Both the position numbers and the translations under genes were made by a program. A DNA stretch of 64,000 bases from an uncultured Bacteroidota bacterium (lineage in GTDB: Bacteria; Bacteroidota; Ignavibacteria; Kryptoniales; JAKASW01): NCBI GenBank assembly GCA_963704305.1, contig OY969888.1, positions 859,168 through 923,167 on the forward strand. The letters are read 5' to 3'. Below are positions 46,591 to 55,118 of this stretch, one piece after another. Every line of letters starts with the position of its first letter. Positions within the stretch are counted from its first letter, which is position 1. The notes under the pieces are model-generated. The model ran no database searches and had not been told where the DNA came from. It saw nothing but the letters and a program-made list of their open reading frames with translations.

Positions 46591-48996
46591 TTAGGTCTTG
46601 CTCTCTTCCTTGTGTCCGTAATAATGGTAATACCGGTAGTATCTGTAGTAAGCACCGTAAGCTTTCGTCACGTCGAACTCATTCAGAACAAATCCTATAA
46701 TCCCGGCCTTCACCTGTTTCAAAGTGGAGTATGCCTTTTCGAGGACATCGATCTCAGTTCTGTTAGCAAGAGCGACAAAGACGACGCCGTCTGCAAGCTT
46801 AGAAAGAATGACGCTGTCAGTCACGGCAACCACAGGCGGAGAATCGATAATGATGAAATCAAAGCTGGCCTTGAGCACTTCCATCGTGGCAGCCATTGCA
46901 TCCGACCCGAGGACCTCAGACGGATCAGGTGGAAGAGAGCCGGTGGGAAGGAGGAACAAGTTCTCGACAAATGTCTTTCTCACGACCGAGTTTAGGTCCA
47001 CCTCGTTTCTCAGATACTCGACAAGTCCCGGCTTTCTGTCACAGCTGAACAGTCTATGAAGCACCGGCCGTCGAAAATCCGCATCGAGGACCAGCGTTTT
47101 CAATCCTGCCCTCGCAAATGTCACGGACAGATTCGCGACCGTAGTTGACTTCCCCTCTTTCGGTAGAGCACTGGCGAAGAGCAATGCCTTCACAGGCTTA
47201 TCGATCCTTGAGTATTGAATTGCCGTTCTAAGCGAGCGATATGCCTCTGAGACTGGATCGGACGGCTTGTGGAAGGTAATGAGTCTCATGGGCACAGTTA
47301 TGCCGTCTTTGGAAACGCTCTCTTCCATCTCGTCACCCTTGCCAGATGGGTTGGAACCTGAGATCATCGGAATCGACGCTAGTACAGTGAAGCCCCTTTT
47401 CTCCAAATCTTCCGGCGATTTGATCGACTTATCCATATAGTCCAAGACAAATACGAAGCCCACTCCAAGAGCGAGACCGAGCAAAATGCCGAGAGTCAAG
47501 TTCAACGGAATTTTAGGACTCACCGGCCTCCCCGGTGGAACAGCAGGATCTACGATCTGCACGTAACCAAATTGAGACTGCTCGGCGATTTGTGCTTGCT
47601 GATAATTATCCTGAATGAGCAGGAACAACTTCTCTCTGCTTTTTTCAACTCTGTCCAACTTCGCGAGGTCGATAGACTGTTTCGGTATCTTTGAGAATTC
47701 CGAATCATACCTCTCCACAATCTTGTCCAGCTCGTTCTTCTGTGCTTGTGTGGCGTTGAGATCCAGTTCTTGCTGGAGAATCTTCAACTTCAAATCTTTG
47801 TAAACACCCGTGGGGTCATAATTCCCAGAACCTCCCTGACTGGATTGAGGCGATCCACTTGCCATCACCTGCATGGTTAGAAATTTCGAAGTCTTATCCT
47901 TCAACCTTCTCTGGAGATCCGTGATCTGCGAGTCGGTCTGTGCTATTATCTGGTTATACACTTCCCTGTTGCCAACCATCGGATTCTGTGCAAGCGCCAC
48001 GTCTCGATTGACCTGCAGCTTTGCAATTTGTTCCTGAAGAAGCTTGATGTATGGATCAATTGCATCGGAAACATTAGATGAGAGTGCGGGTTCGATCTTT
48101 GCAAGTTGATCCCGGTAGCTCTGCAAGACTTGCTGTTGAGACTTCATCTGAATAACAACATCGTCCCGTTGAGCCTGGAATGTACTCATGACATCTATTA
48201 GCTGTTTCGCCTCGTCGTCTAGTGAGACGATCCCCTGCGTCTGCATGTAGTTCTGCAGATTGTTCTCCGCAACATCCAAATCCTTCTTCGTATCGTCCAG
48301 CTGCTTCCCAAGAAATCCTCTGACGTTGCTCGCCATGTTTCTGCTGGAACTTAAGTTCAAGTCATAATACTGTTCTGCATATGTGTTCGCAATGTACTCA
48401 GACTCTTGGGGAGAATGGCTCTTTGCACTTATGACAATGATATCCGAGTTGCGATCGTTGGTAAACGCAACTGCTCCCATGAGACGCCCAGAGACCTCAC
48501 CTATTGGCGCAAATGGCATAATCCCCTTCTGAATATCTTCTTTGGAGGCAAGGACGATCTCCATCGTATCGGGCTTGCCATCAACCAAAATGACCGGACT
48601 GTTCAGAAGCTCTTTCGCCACATTGGTCCGCAGGAGATTTGTCTGCAGTATATCGAGTTCGTTGGTGATTCTTCTCTCGTCCGATTCAAATGGTTGAATA
48701 AGGTCACCCATACCCTCCAGAAGAGAGCTTGACCCAGTCTTGTTTTTTTGAATCAGCACTTGTGTCGTTGCCTGGTAAACAGGTTTTTGAAGAAAGGTAT
48801 ACAGAACCGTGAGAGTAGTTACAACCGCGAATATGATGACTACGGTTGTTCTCCGCCTGTAGACCTTCTGAAGAACGTCCTGAAGAGTTACTTCCTGTTC
48901 CTGACCTTGCGATCGAGAACTTCCATGAATGAATGAGCCGGTGCCGTTGTTTCCGGCGCCGTTACCTAGTCCATTTGTACCATTATCTGAGCTCAA
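46591..48996 (-). CDS. wzc: Polysaccharide co-polymerase / tyrosine autokinase (Wzc, GumC-like)
   Basis: Wzz-type N-terminal TM plus a long coiled periplasmic region. The kinase domain has Walker A 'ALPKEGKSTTVANLS', A' 'VLDADFRRP' and B 'FIIIDSPPV'. The C-terminal tyrosine cluster reads 'YGAYYRYYRYYHYYG'. Confidence 0.9.
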   Translation of the reverse strand: MSSDNGTNGLGNGAGNNGTGSFIHGSSRSQGQEQEVTLQDVLQKVYRRRTTVVIIFAVVTTLTVLYTFLQKPVYQATTQVLIQKNKTGSSSLLEGMGDLIQPFESDERRITNELDILQTNLLRTNVAKELLNSPVILVDGKPDTMEIVLASKEDIQKGIMPFAPIGEVSGRLMGAVAFTNDRNSDIIVISAKSHSPQESEYIANTYAEQYYDLNLSSSRNMASNVRGFLGKQLDDTKKDLDVAENNLQNYMQTQGIVSLDDEAKQLIDVMSTFQAQRDDVVIQMKSQQQVLQSYRDQLAKIEPALSSNVSDAIDPYIKLLQEQIAKLQVNRDVALAQNPMVGNREVYNQIIAQTDSQITDLQRRLKDKTSKFLTMQVMASGSPQSSQGGSGNYDPTGVYKDLKLKILQQELDLNATQAQKNELDKIVERYDSEFSKIPKQSIDLAKLDRVEKSREKLFLLIQDNYQQAQIAEQSQFGYVQIVDPAVPPGRPVSPKIPLNLTLGILLGLALGVGFVFVLDYMDKSIKSPEDLEKRGFTVLASIPMISGSNPSGKGDEMEESVSKDGITVPMRLITFHKPSDPVSEAYRSLRTAIQYSRIDKPVKALLFASALPKEGKSTTVANLSVTFARAGLKTLVLDADFRRPVLHRLFSCDRKPGLVEYLRNEVDLNSVVRKTFVENLFLLPTGSLPPDPSEVLGSDAMAATMEVLKASFDFIIIDSPPVVAVTDSVILSKLADGVVFVALANRTEIDVLEKAYSTLKQVKAGIIGFVLNEFDVTKAYGAYYRYYRYYHYYGHKEESKT

Positions 48997-49389
48997 TGAC
49001 TTGTCTCTCTGTTTTGTTCCCGGAAAAAGTTACTTTATCGAATGACATCTGTCAAGTGAACGAGAACACACGAATAAGTCCGGAATCTTGCCCACGCGCT
49101 GCGGTCGTGAGCCAAACTCTCATCTTGCGGATGAGGGTCCTCTATTCTTCGACAGCATAACATCATCGCTCGAGTGAAAGTTCAAGCGCAACCACGTCGG
49201 CGTCATGCAGCTATCAATTCTTATTATCGGATCAATTCGCCCTATTTCAACTCTATCGCCTCCCTCGATAGGGCTCGGCAGCAAAAATTCGCCGCCTGTG
49301 ACTTTCGCGCGCCTGGTCGCGAACTACGCAACCAAGCTCTGCTTGTCGTGAGGCTGGTCCCGCATCGCGGGACGACCCTCTGCTTGTCG

Positions 49390-49461
49390 TGAGGCTGGCA
49401 GGGATCGAACCTGCGACCCTCTGCTTAAAAGGCAGATGCTCTACCACTGAGCTACAGCCCC
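49390..49461 (-). tRNA. tRNA-Lys (anticodon UUU)
   Basis: A hand-folded cloverleaf: GGGGCTG TA GCTC AGTGGTA GAGC A TCTGC CTTTTAA GCAGA GGGTC GCAGG TTCGATC CCTGC CAGCCTC A. There is one G-U in the acceptor stem and CCA is not encoded. Confidence 0.9.
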
Positions 49462-49480
49462 AACAATTTAGAAAGAACTC

Positions 49481-49551
49481 CGACAGGGCCGTGATCTCAA
49501 CTGCGGCCCCCCCGCTAAAAGCGGGGTGCTCTACCACTGAGCTACAGCCCC
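49481..49551 (-). pseudogene. Decayed tandem copy of tRNA-Lys(UUU) (tRNA-like, acceptor and T-arm do not fold)
   Basis: The 5' 24 nt are identical to the functional copy (49528-49551 = 49438-49461). The anticodon arm CCCCG CTTTTAG CGGGG is intact with compensatory changes. However, the T-loop is TGAGATC and the 3' acceptor CCTGTCG cannot pair with GGGGCTG. Confidence 0.45.
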
Positions 49552-49968
49552 AGAGCCCCCGCTAATGCGGGGGCTAGAGTGACAATATTTGAAAAAACCG
49601 CGACGCCCTCGCTGGAAGGGGCGTGATCTGTGAGTAGGACAACACCTTCCTTCCTCCCAGGATCAAACTAATTTAATGATGGGAATTCAGACCTGCAAGG
49701 GAGCTTGTGGGTGACTATCTATTCGACATACCGACGAGAAATAGATTCTCAAACACTGAGCCATAGGCTCATCAGCCTCAGGCTTAGGATTGCACGAATA
49801 GTTTCTAGTCTTTCGAAGCGAAATTCACAAATGCGTTCTATTCGTGCCTGCACGCGCTCCGTCGCTGAAGCTATGGAGCGTAAGCGACCGAAGTGCGTTT
49901 CGGCACGCAGGCGTGGCATCCGTAGTTTCATGGTTTCTATCGGTATCATTCATGGTCCTATTCTTTGA

Positions 49969-50097
49969 CGGCAGGGTTTGTCTTACGAAGAGATTTCCGG
50001 AGTCCTGAAACTGCCTGTCGGCACCGTTTCCGTTGCATTGCACCGCGGTAGAGAAAGACTGAGAGGGATGTTGAAGGAAAAGAGGGAAGAGTTATGA
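49969..50097 (+). pseudogene. ECF sigma-70 factor, region-4 remnant only
   Basis: It translates to 'RQGLSYEEISGVLKLPVGTVSVALHRGRERLRGMLKEKREEL*'. It is preceded by an in-frame TGA (49966-49968), and no region-2/3 coding is detectable upstream in any frame. Its stop overlaps the anti-sigma ATG (ATGA). Confidence 0.6.
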
Positions 50098-50522
50098 GCT
50101 GCGAGAATTTCAGACATGTTCTTGACGAAATGATTGACACGAGGAAAGCGATAGGCAAAGTCGATCTCCCCCCGGAAATGATAACCCATCTTGAGAAGTG
50201 CACAGCCTGCGAGGAGTACTTCGAGACAATGATCTCAGTTCAAAGAATGCTGGCAGAAATGCAGAGAGAGACCATCCCGGCGGATCTTTACCGGCGTTTG
50301 ATCAAACTTGCGCAAGAGCAGCGCACGATCAATCGGCATGCGTTCAGGAAACCGGTAGCCATTTATGTTTTGAAGATAGTCCTGCCGGTTCTGCTGCTCT
50401 GGATAGTCGCACTTTTTGAACCCGACTCAGCCCGATTCATAATCGAGACACTAACTCTGGTGTTTGGGTTGACGATGATGTTTGAAAAGACGGGGAGAAG
50501 ATTGCTTACAGGTAAGGTTTAG
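50094..50522 (+). CDS. Anti-sigma factor (zf-HC2 type) with C-terminal TM segments
   Basis: 'MSCENFRHVLDEMID..HLEKCTACEEYFETM' is an H-x3-C-x2-C motif. Two hydrophobic segments follow. Confidence 0.7.
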   Translation: MSCENFRHVLDEMIDTRKAIGKVDLPPEMITHLEKCTACEEYFETMISVQRMLAEMQRETIPADLYRRLIKLAQEQRTINRHAFRKPVAIYVLKIVLPVLLLWIVALFEPDSARFIIETLTLVFGLTMMFEKTGRRLLTGKV

Positions 50523-50523
50523 A

Positions 50524-50620
50524 GTGGAATGTTGGATTGGTGGATTGATGGATTGGAACAAACCTTGACACGTTTGCACTTTGTGACTTTGCTGCTCAGT
50601 GCCTTTGTCCCTCAAGTGAT
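50524..50620. repeat. Heptamer-type low-complexity tract in a convergent intergenic region
   Basis: TGGAATG TTGGATT GGTGGAT TGATGGA TTGGAAC, then CACTTTGTGAC / CAGTGCCTTTGTC motifs related to the tract at 54965-55115. Confidence 0.4.
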
Positions 50621-52858
50621 CTAAAACTTCATTGATAATACCAGCGAGTAGTTTCTTATCGGCGCGATATTCCCAATTATCTCAACGTAGTAATATTCGA
50701 ACGCATTGTTGACAATGAAATTTACTTCGATCGGATAGCCAATTGAAGTCAGGTCAACTCCCGCTCTCACATCGGTCACGTAAGCCGGAACGCGCTGGTC
50801 TCCGTTTTTGACGTAGCCGGATTGCACCAGCTCATTGTCGTAATTCTCGAACGCGCTTATAAATCTGAAGTCTATTGATGCACGGTATATCGAATGAGAA
50901 AAATTGGCAGACGCGTACAAAAGTTCACGCGAGCGATATTTCAATATTTCATGAGCTGTCAGATCAAGCGGATAAATGTAAGTGTAGCTCGCATTGAGCG
51001 TCAGGAAATCTGTCCCCGCGCTGCTCGATGCATCGATTTCATATCCCTGCACTCGAGCACGGGTCACGTTCTGAAACGTAACCTGTCCGGTCGAATTGAA
51101 TTCCGGCTCGATCATGTCCCAGTAATCGCTCTGGAACACAGCAGCGTCGAGCAGACCGAAATGCCAGACAGGGATTCTCCCGCCGAGCTCCTCCGACAGG
51201 CTCTTCTCAGGAAGGAGGTTCGGGTTCGGGATTATGGACAGACCTCCCGCCCCGGTGTTGACATAAGTTTCTCCCACGCTCGGCGCTCGAAAGCCCGTGC
51301 CAACTGAAGCTCGAAGAGATGTGATGTCTTGAGTCCGTTCGCCGCCGAGATCGTAAACAAATCCGAGCTTCGGATTGAATTGGTTGAACGCGGGTTTGTT
51401 CTGAATCTTCTCGTAGTCGTACCGCGCACCGATCGTCATGTGCAACCGGTCCAGCTTCCTTTCTGCTTGCAGGTAGACCGCGCCTGAGCTGCTTTGCTTA
51501 TTCGAGAATATATTCGAGTTGATGAAATCCAATTCTCCTTCTGTGCCGAACGTTAGAATGGTCGACGAACCAAGGTTTAGCGTCCCCTGAAGTTCCAAAT
51601 ATCCTAAGTGCGAAGTCGAAGTGTCGCCGATGCCGCTCAGTGTTTGGCTGAAGTTATCGTACCAGCGGTTGAAGTAGTAGCTTCCACGAACCACGTAGAA
51701 AAAATCCTCGTCAACAATGTTCGTGTAAATCCCTGCGATGTTAGCTCTCGTCGAATTCACGCGTTCACCCAGCGCACTTGGATCGGGTTGAAGCGCGTGG
51801 TTGAGATCCTCCCAATATAAAAAATTGCCGGAGTACTGGTTGAAAACGTCGGCAAAGATTTTCAGGCTCTGATTGTTCCCGATGCTGCCTGCGGACTTGA
51901 CGAAGAAGTTCACCCTCCTGAAGTAATCGTTTTGAATATAGCTATCATCTTTTTTGAAGCTGAGCGATGCGGTGACTCCGAAATCTCCGAGACCGAGCGG
52001 CATCGAGTGGACGAAAGATGCTCCCTGGAAAAACCTCTCTTTGCTCGACCACTCCCACTCGCCGTACCTCGGCTGTTCGTACATGCCGCCGTACAACTTC
52101 ACATCCGTCGAATTAACATTTACGTTATCTTTCGTTATTACGTCGATGACTCCGCCGAGTGCGCTCGATCCGTAGAGTGCGGAGCCGGCACCTTTAACAA
52201 CTTCGACATGATCGACTTGCGAAACGGGGATCGATTCCCAAACCGCTTCGCCGGTGTCGCCCGCGAGAAGAGGTATGCCGTCTACGAGGAGGAGAACCCG
52301 GCTTCCGATTCCGCGAGCATACCCGCTCGAGCCGCGGATGTTTGCCTGATCCTGAATGAAGTTTACTCCGGGAACGTAGCGAAGCGCATCATCGAGTGAA
52401 ATAATATTTCTCCTCTCAATGGCGCTCGAGCTGACAAGACTTACGCTGGCAGGCACCTCGCTCAAAAGCTGTTGGTGCTTGCTTGCAGTGACTATGACCT
52501 GTTGGGCCTCTACCGGCAGAGGCTGAAGAAAAATCTCTGTCCGCCTGTTCTCTCCTTCTGCAATCGACAGTGATTCATCAAATCGTTTGAAGCCGATCAT
52601 CGAAACGGAAATAGTGAAAGTGCCCGGATTAATTTTCTCAAAGGAGAAACGTCCATTTGTTTTTGTCATCATGCCGAATCTCACGGACTTCTGCGCATCC
52701 TTCCATTGCATGGAAACCGTTGCACCGACGATCGCACTGGAGTCTTCGGCGGAACGGACTCTGCCATCCAATCGCGTCTGGGAGAGGCTGTTACTTTGAA
52801 ACGACAGAAGCGCTGAGAGGAGTAGGAGGTATATTCTTGAAATCGACTTCAATGTCAA
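50621..52858 (-). CDS. TonB-dependent receptor with N-terminal carboxypeptidase-regulatory-like domain
   Basis: Signal peptide, then 'GRVRSAEDSSAIVGATVSM'. Plug motifs 'DDALRYVPGVN' and 'IRGSSG..RVLLLVDGIPL' follow, then a beta-barrel ending in '..SMKF'. Confidence 0.9.
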   Translation of the reverse strand: MTLKSISRIYLLLLSALLSFQSNSLSQTRLDGRVRSAEDSSAIVGATVSMQWKDAQKSVRFGMMTKTNGRFSFEKINPGTFTISVSMIGFKRFDESLSIAEGENRRTEIFLQPLPVEAQQVIVTASKHQQLLSEVPASVSLVSSSAIERRNIISLDDALRYVPGVNFIQDQANIRGSSGYARGIGSRVLLLVDGIPLLAGDTGEAVWESIPVSQVDHVEVVKGAGSALYGSSALGGVIDVITKDNVNVNSTDVKLYGGMYEQPRYGEWEWSSKERFFQGASFVHSMPLGLGDFGVTASLSFKKDDSYIQNDYFRRVNFFVKSAGSIGNNQSLKIFADVFNQYSGNFLYWEDLNHALQPDPSALGERVNSTRANIAGIYTNIVDEDFFYVVRGSYYFNRWYDNFSQTLSGIGDTSTSHLGYLELQGTLNLGSSTILTFGTEGELDFINSNIFSNKQSSSGAVYLQAERKLDRLHMTIGARYDYEKIQNKPAFNQFNPKLGFVYDLGGERTQDITSLRASVGTGFRAPSVGETYVNTGAGGLSIIPNPNLLPEKSLSEELGGRIPVWHFGLLDAAVFQSDYWDMIEPEFNSTGQVTFQNVTRARVQGYEIDASSSAGTDFLTLNASYTYIYPLDLTAHEILKYRSRELLYASANFSHSIYRASIDFRFISAFENYDNELVQSGYVKNGDQRVPAYVTDVRAGVDLTSIGYPIEVNFIVNNAFEYYYVEIIGNIAPIRNYSLVLSMKF

Positions 52859-53333
52859 TATTATTTATGATTGTATTTGGTGGGATAACGACCGTCTTCG
52901 GTTCACCAACGCCGTGGGAGTACCCATAAGCTCCAACCACTTTCCAATCTGCAAAAATGTTTGCGCCATACCGCAATGCGACCGCGACATACTGAAAAGT
53001 GGAGGAAGAATCAAGACTGAAACTATACGCCAGCGAGTTAACGAAGAGCGGCCACGGGTTCGCGCTAATTGCCGGATAAACTCTCGCGCTGCCCGACTCG
53101 ACTTCGCCGATGATGTTCGTCGGAGGATAGTCATAGAAGGCTACCACCCGAATATCATAGACGCTATCCTGGGGCGGCCAGGTCGATACGAATTTTATCG
53201 TACCTCCGAAGCCAGGCTGAACCGGGAGAGGTGCAAGGCCGTGGTTGCAACCGGATAAGAAAATCAATAGCGAAAAAGCGCCAATTAGAATCTCCAATTT
53301 GCGATTTTCAATCGTCGATTGGAATACTTTCAT
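52791..53333 (-). CDS. Hypothetical lipoprotein
   Basis: The preferred start is 'MKVFQSTIENRKLEILIGAFSLLIFLSGC' (lipobox LSGC). The ORF track's longer start at 53489 adds a non-signal extension. Confidence 0.6.
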   Translation of the reverse strand: MKVFQSTIENRKLEILIGAFSLLIFLSGCNHGLAPLPVQPGFGGTIKFVSTWPPQDSVYDIRVVAFYDYPPTNIIGEVESGSARVYPAISANPWPLFVNSLAYSFSLDSSSTFQYVAVALRYGANIFADWKVVGAYGYSHGVGEPKTVVIPPNTIINNIDIEVDFKNIPPTPLSASVVSK

Positions 53334-53543
53334 TTCCTGCTGCCTCTTGAAGCGCCCTCTGCTATGTTCGATGAGGTGGAGACCGATGCTTGCCGGACTT
53401 GGTTCGCCATTCGTACAACTCTTCTTTCGGAAATGATGTGGTGAGTTCATAAACACTCTTGACCAGCTCAATCCCTCGTTTCCACACATCCAGATCTTTA
53501 TGACTATTCAGCTTTTCCATCTTTGCCGATCACCCATAACCGA

Positions 53544-54959
53544 TTATTTCCTAATTCCGAACAGCGTCCACGGATAAGAGAGCATGTCGTGCAAATATCT
53601 TCCCTGCCACTTGAAATTAGGATGTGCCTGAAAAAATTTCGACGCGATGAAACTCTCGCCGCACGGGTGTCCCATGTGCACCCAGAATTCCATCCTGCCA
53701 GCCAGGTCACCAGTTGTCACCTTGCCCTGCACTGCTCCAGCAGGAGTGTACGGAGCCCAACCCCATTGCGGAATCCCGCGCAGGTCCTCGTCGACGTGGC
53801 CGCACAGAACGCAGGCACCAACCGATTCCTTGCCGCGAACCTGATCAAAGTGGTCGCTCATGAATTGCTCCGCGAGTTCAGCATTAATTCTTCCCTTGTA
53901 TTGCTGCATCAACTTTTCCCAGCGGGACTTTCGATCGTTCATGGAACTGTAAATGTTACTGACCTTAAAAGTGGTTTCCTCCTCGATCGTCTTTTTGTCG
54001 CTCGGGAAGTTCGAGCCGACGTAACAGCCGTCTTTCGTCCGCCACACTCTATGATTCTTCAAACCGAGTTCGAGACGCGCAATCTCGTTCGTCCTGGTGT
54101 CTCCGATAAGCCAATCGTTCGCATAGCCGCCGTTATTTCCAGTTGTCATGATCCTGATAAAATCATCGATGCTGTTGGAATACTGTTCCGCCTCTCTCGC
54201 ACGCATGAACTCCGGTATTCCGTCTTCATCGAACCCTTTGAATTGTGCTATCGTCGTTTCCGTGATCAGGATGCCGGCGCTGTTCTCTACGAAATCATCT
54301 CCGCTGTGAATGAAGCCGGGGAAAGTGTCCATTAATATCCGGTTCCCTTTTTCCGGAACGATGTCCTCTATGACATTCCACCTTTCTCCGATAATGTAGT
54401 CGACCCAGGAATTATGTGCCATCACGATCTTCCCATCGGAGGTGTAACTTCCCGTCGCGATGAACGCGCTGCAATTCCCCGGTGCGCGATTATCACCTGC
54501 ACCTTTCCTCATTCTCTCGGCAAGCGCCGGCAAATAGTATTGTGCGAGCTCCATCCATCCGTTCAGCGCGGTGATATCGATCTTATCGTACATCTTTCCT
54601 CGTGCTCGCAAGCCCTCAGCAATTCCCTCAATCTCATTCCTGTATTCGTCACTCAGCTTGGGCCAGAACATTCTCTCGGCTGCGTCCCTGTAGAACTTCC
54701 AATCTCTGTGAGTCGTCCGTCCAAGGTAGAACTTCATCATCTTGATGGCATCGTCGATCTCAGGGGCAAGCAAATAGCCGTGCTGGTATCCTATCTCATT
54801 CGGTGAGCCCTCCACATGAATGTAAATCCATCCCGACCTGTCCTCACGGGAAGCTTTGGCGAGTCTCGGGTCTGTACCACCATATGCCGCCGCGAATAGA
54901 AGCAGGTAAAGAGTGAACAGTGAACAGTAGAATGTATGTTTAGATTTCATAATTCTCAT
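53544..54959 (-). CDS. Secreted Ntn-hydrolase, phospholipase-B-like / C45-like family
   Basis: Signal peptide, then 'GNCSAFIATGSYTSDGKIVMAHNSW' (nucleophile Cys context) and 'FPGFIHSGDDFVENSAGILITETT'. Confidence 0.65.
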   Translation of the reverse strand: MRIMKSKHTFYCSLFTLYLLLFAAAYGGTDPRLAKASREDRSGWIYIHVEGSPNEIGYQHGYLLAPEIDDAIKMMKFYLGRTTHRDWKFYRDAAERMFWPKLSDEYRNEIEGIAEGLRARGKMYDKIDITALNGWMELAQYYLPALAERMRKGAGDNRAPGNCSAFIATGSYTSDGKIVMAHNSWVDYIIGERWNVIEDIVPEKGNRILMDTFPGFIHSGDDFVENSAGILITETTIAQFKGFDEDGIPEFMRAREAEQYSNSIDDFIRIMTTGNNGGYANDWLIGDTRTNEIARLELGLKNHRVWRTKDGCYVGSNFPSDKKTIEEETTFKVSNIYSSMNDRKSRWEKLMQQYKGRINAELAEQFMSDHFDQVRGKESVGACVLCGHVDEDLRGIPQWGWAPYTPAGAVQGKVTTGDLAGRMEFWVHMGHPCGESFIASKFFQAHPNFKWQGRYLHDMLSYPWTLFGIRK

Positions 54960-54964
54960 CCTTT

Positions 54965-55115
54965 AAGAAAGGCACAAAGAAACAGAGGCACTGAGACACA
55001 AAGTCCAACTAAATTTAATCTGCTCATAAGATTTAGCGGTCAGCTCTCAGGAGTCAGCCATAAGCTAATAGCTGAAAGTTGCTTTGTGCCATTACCACTC
55101 TGTGCCTGTGTGACT
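54965..55115. repeat. Heptamer-type tract with inverted GGCACAAAG / CTTTGTGCC arms around TCAGCTC/TAAGCTA/ATAGCTG units
   Basis: Left arm: AAAGGCACAAAGAAACAGAGGCACTGAGACACAAAG. Right arm: CTTTGTGCCATTACCACTCTGTGCCTGTGTGAC. Centre: TCAGCTC TCAGGAG TCAGCCA TAAGCTA ATAGCTG. Confidence 0.55.
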
Positions 55116-55118
55116 GTC

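Noticed and set aside
49253-49537. 94-aa minus-strand ORF
   Set aside because: It runs straight through the tRNA-Lys gene and its decayed copy, so it is an artefact of the tRNA sequence.
49590-49968. tmRNA, RNase P RNA or SRP RNA next to the tRNA genes
   Set aside because: I found no GGGGCTGA..TCCACCA tRNA-like ends with a tag ORF and no GAGGAAAGTCC P4 motif. It is retained only as an unclassified structured-RNA candidate.
55076-55100. Second sigma-54-like element (TGGCAC on the minus strand at 55090-55085)
   Set aside because: The -12 position reads AACT rather than TTGC at the required spacing. The TGGCAC belongs to the GGCACAAAG heptamer-type repeat.
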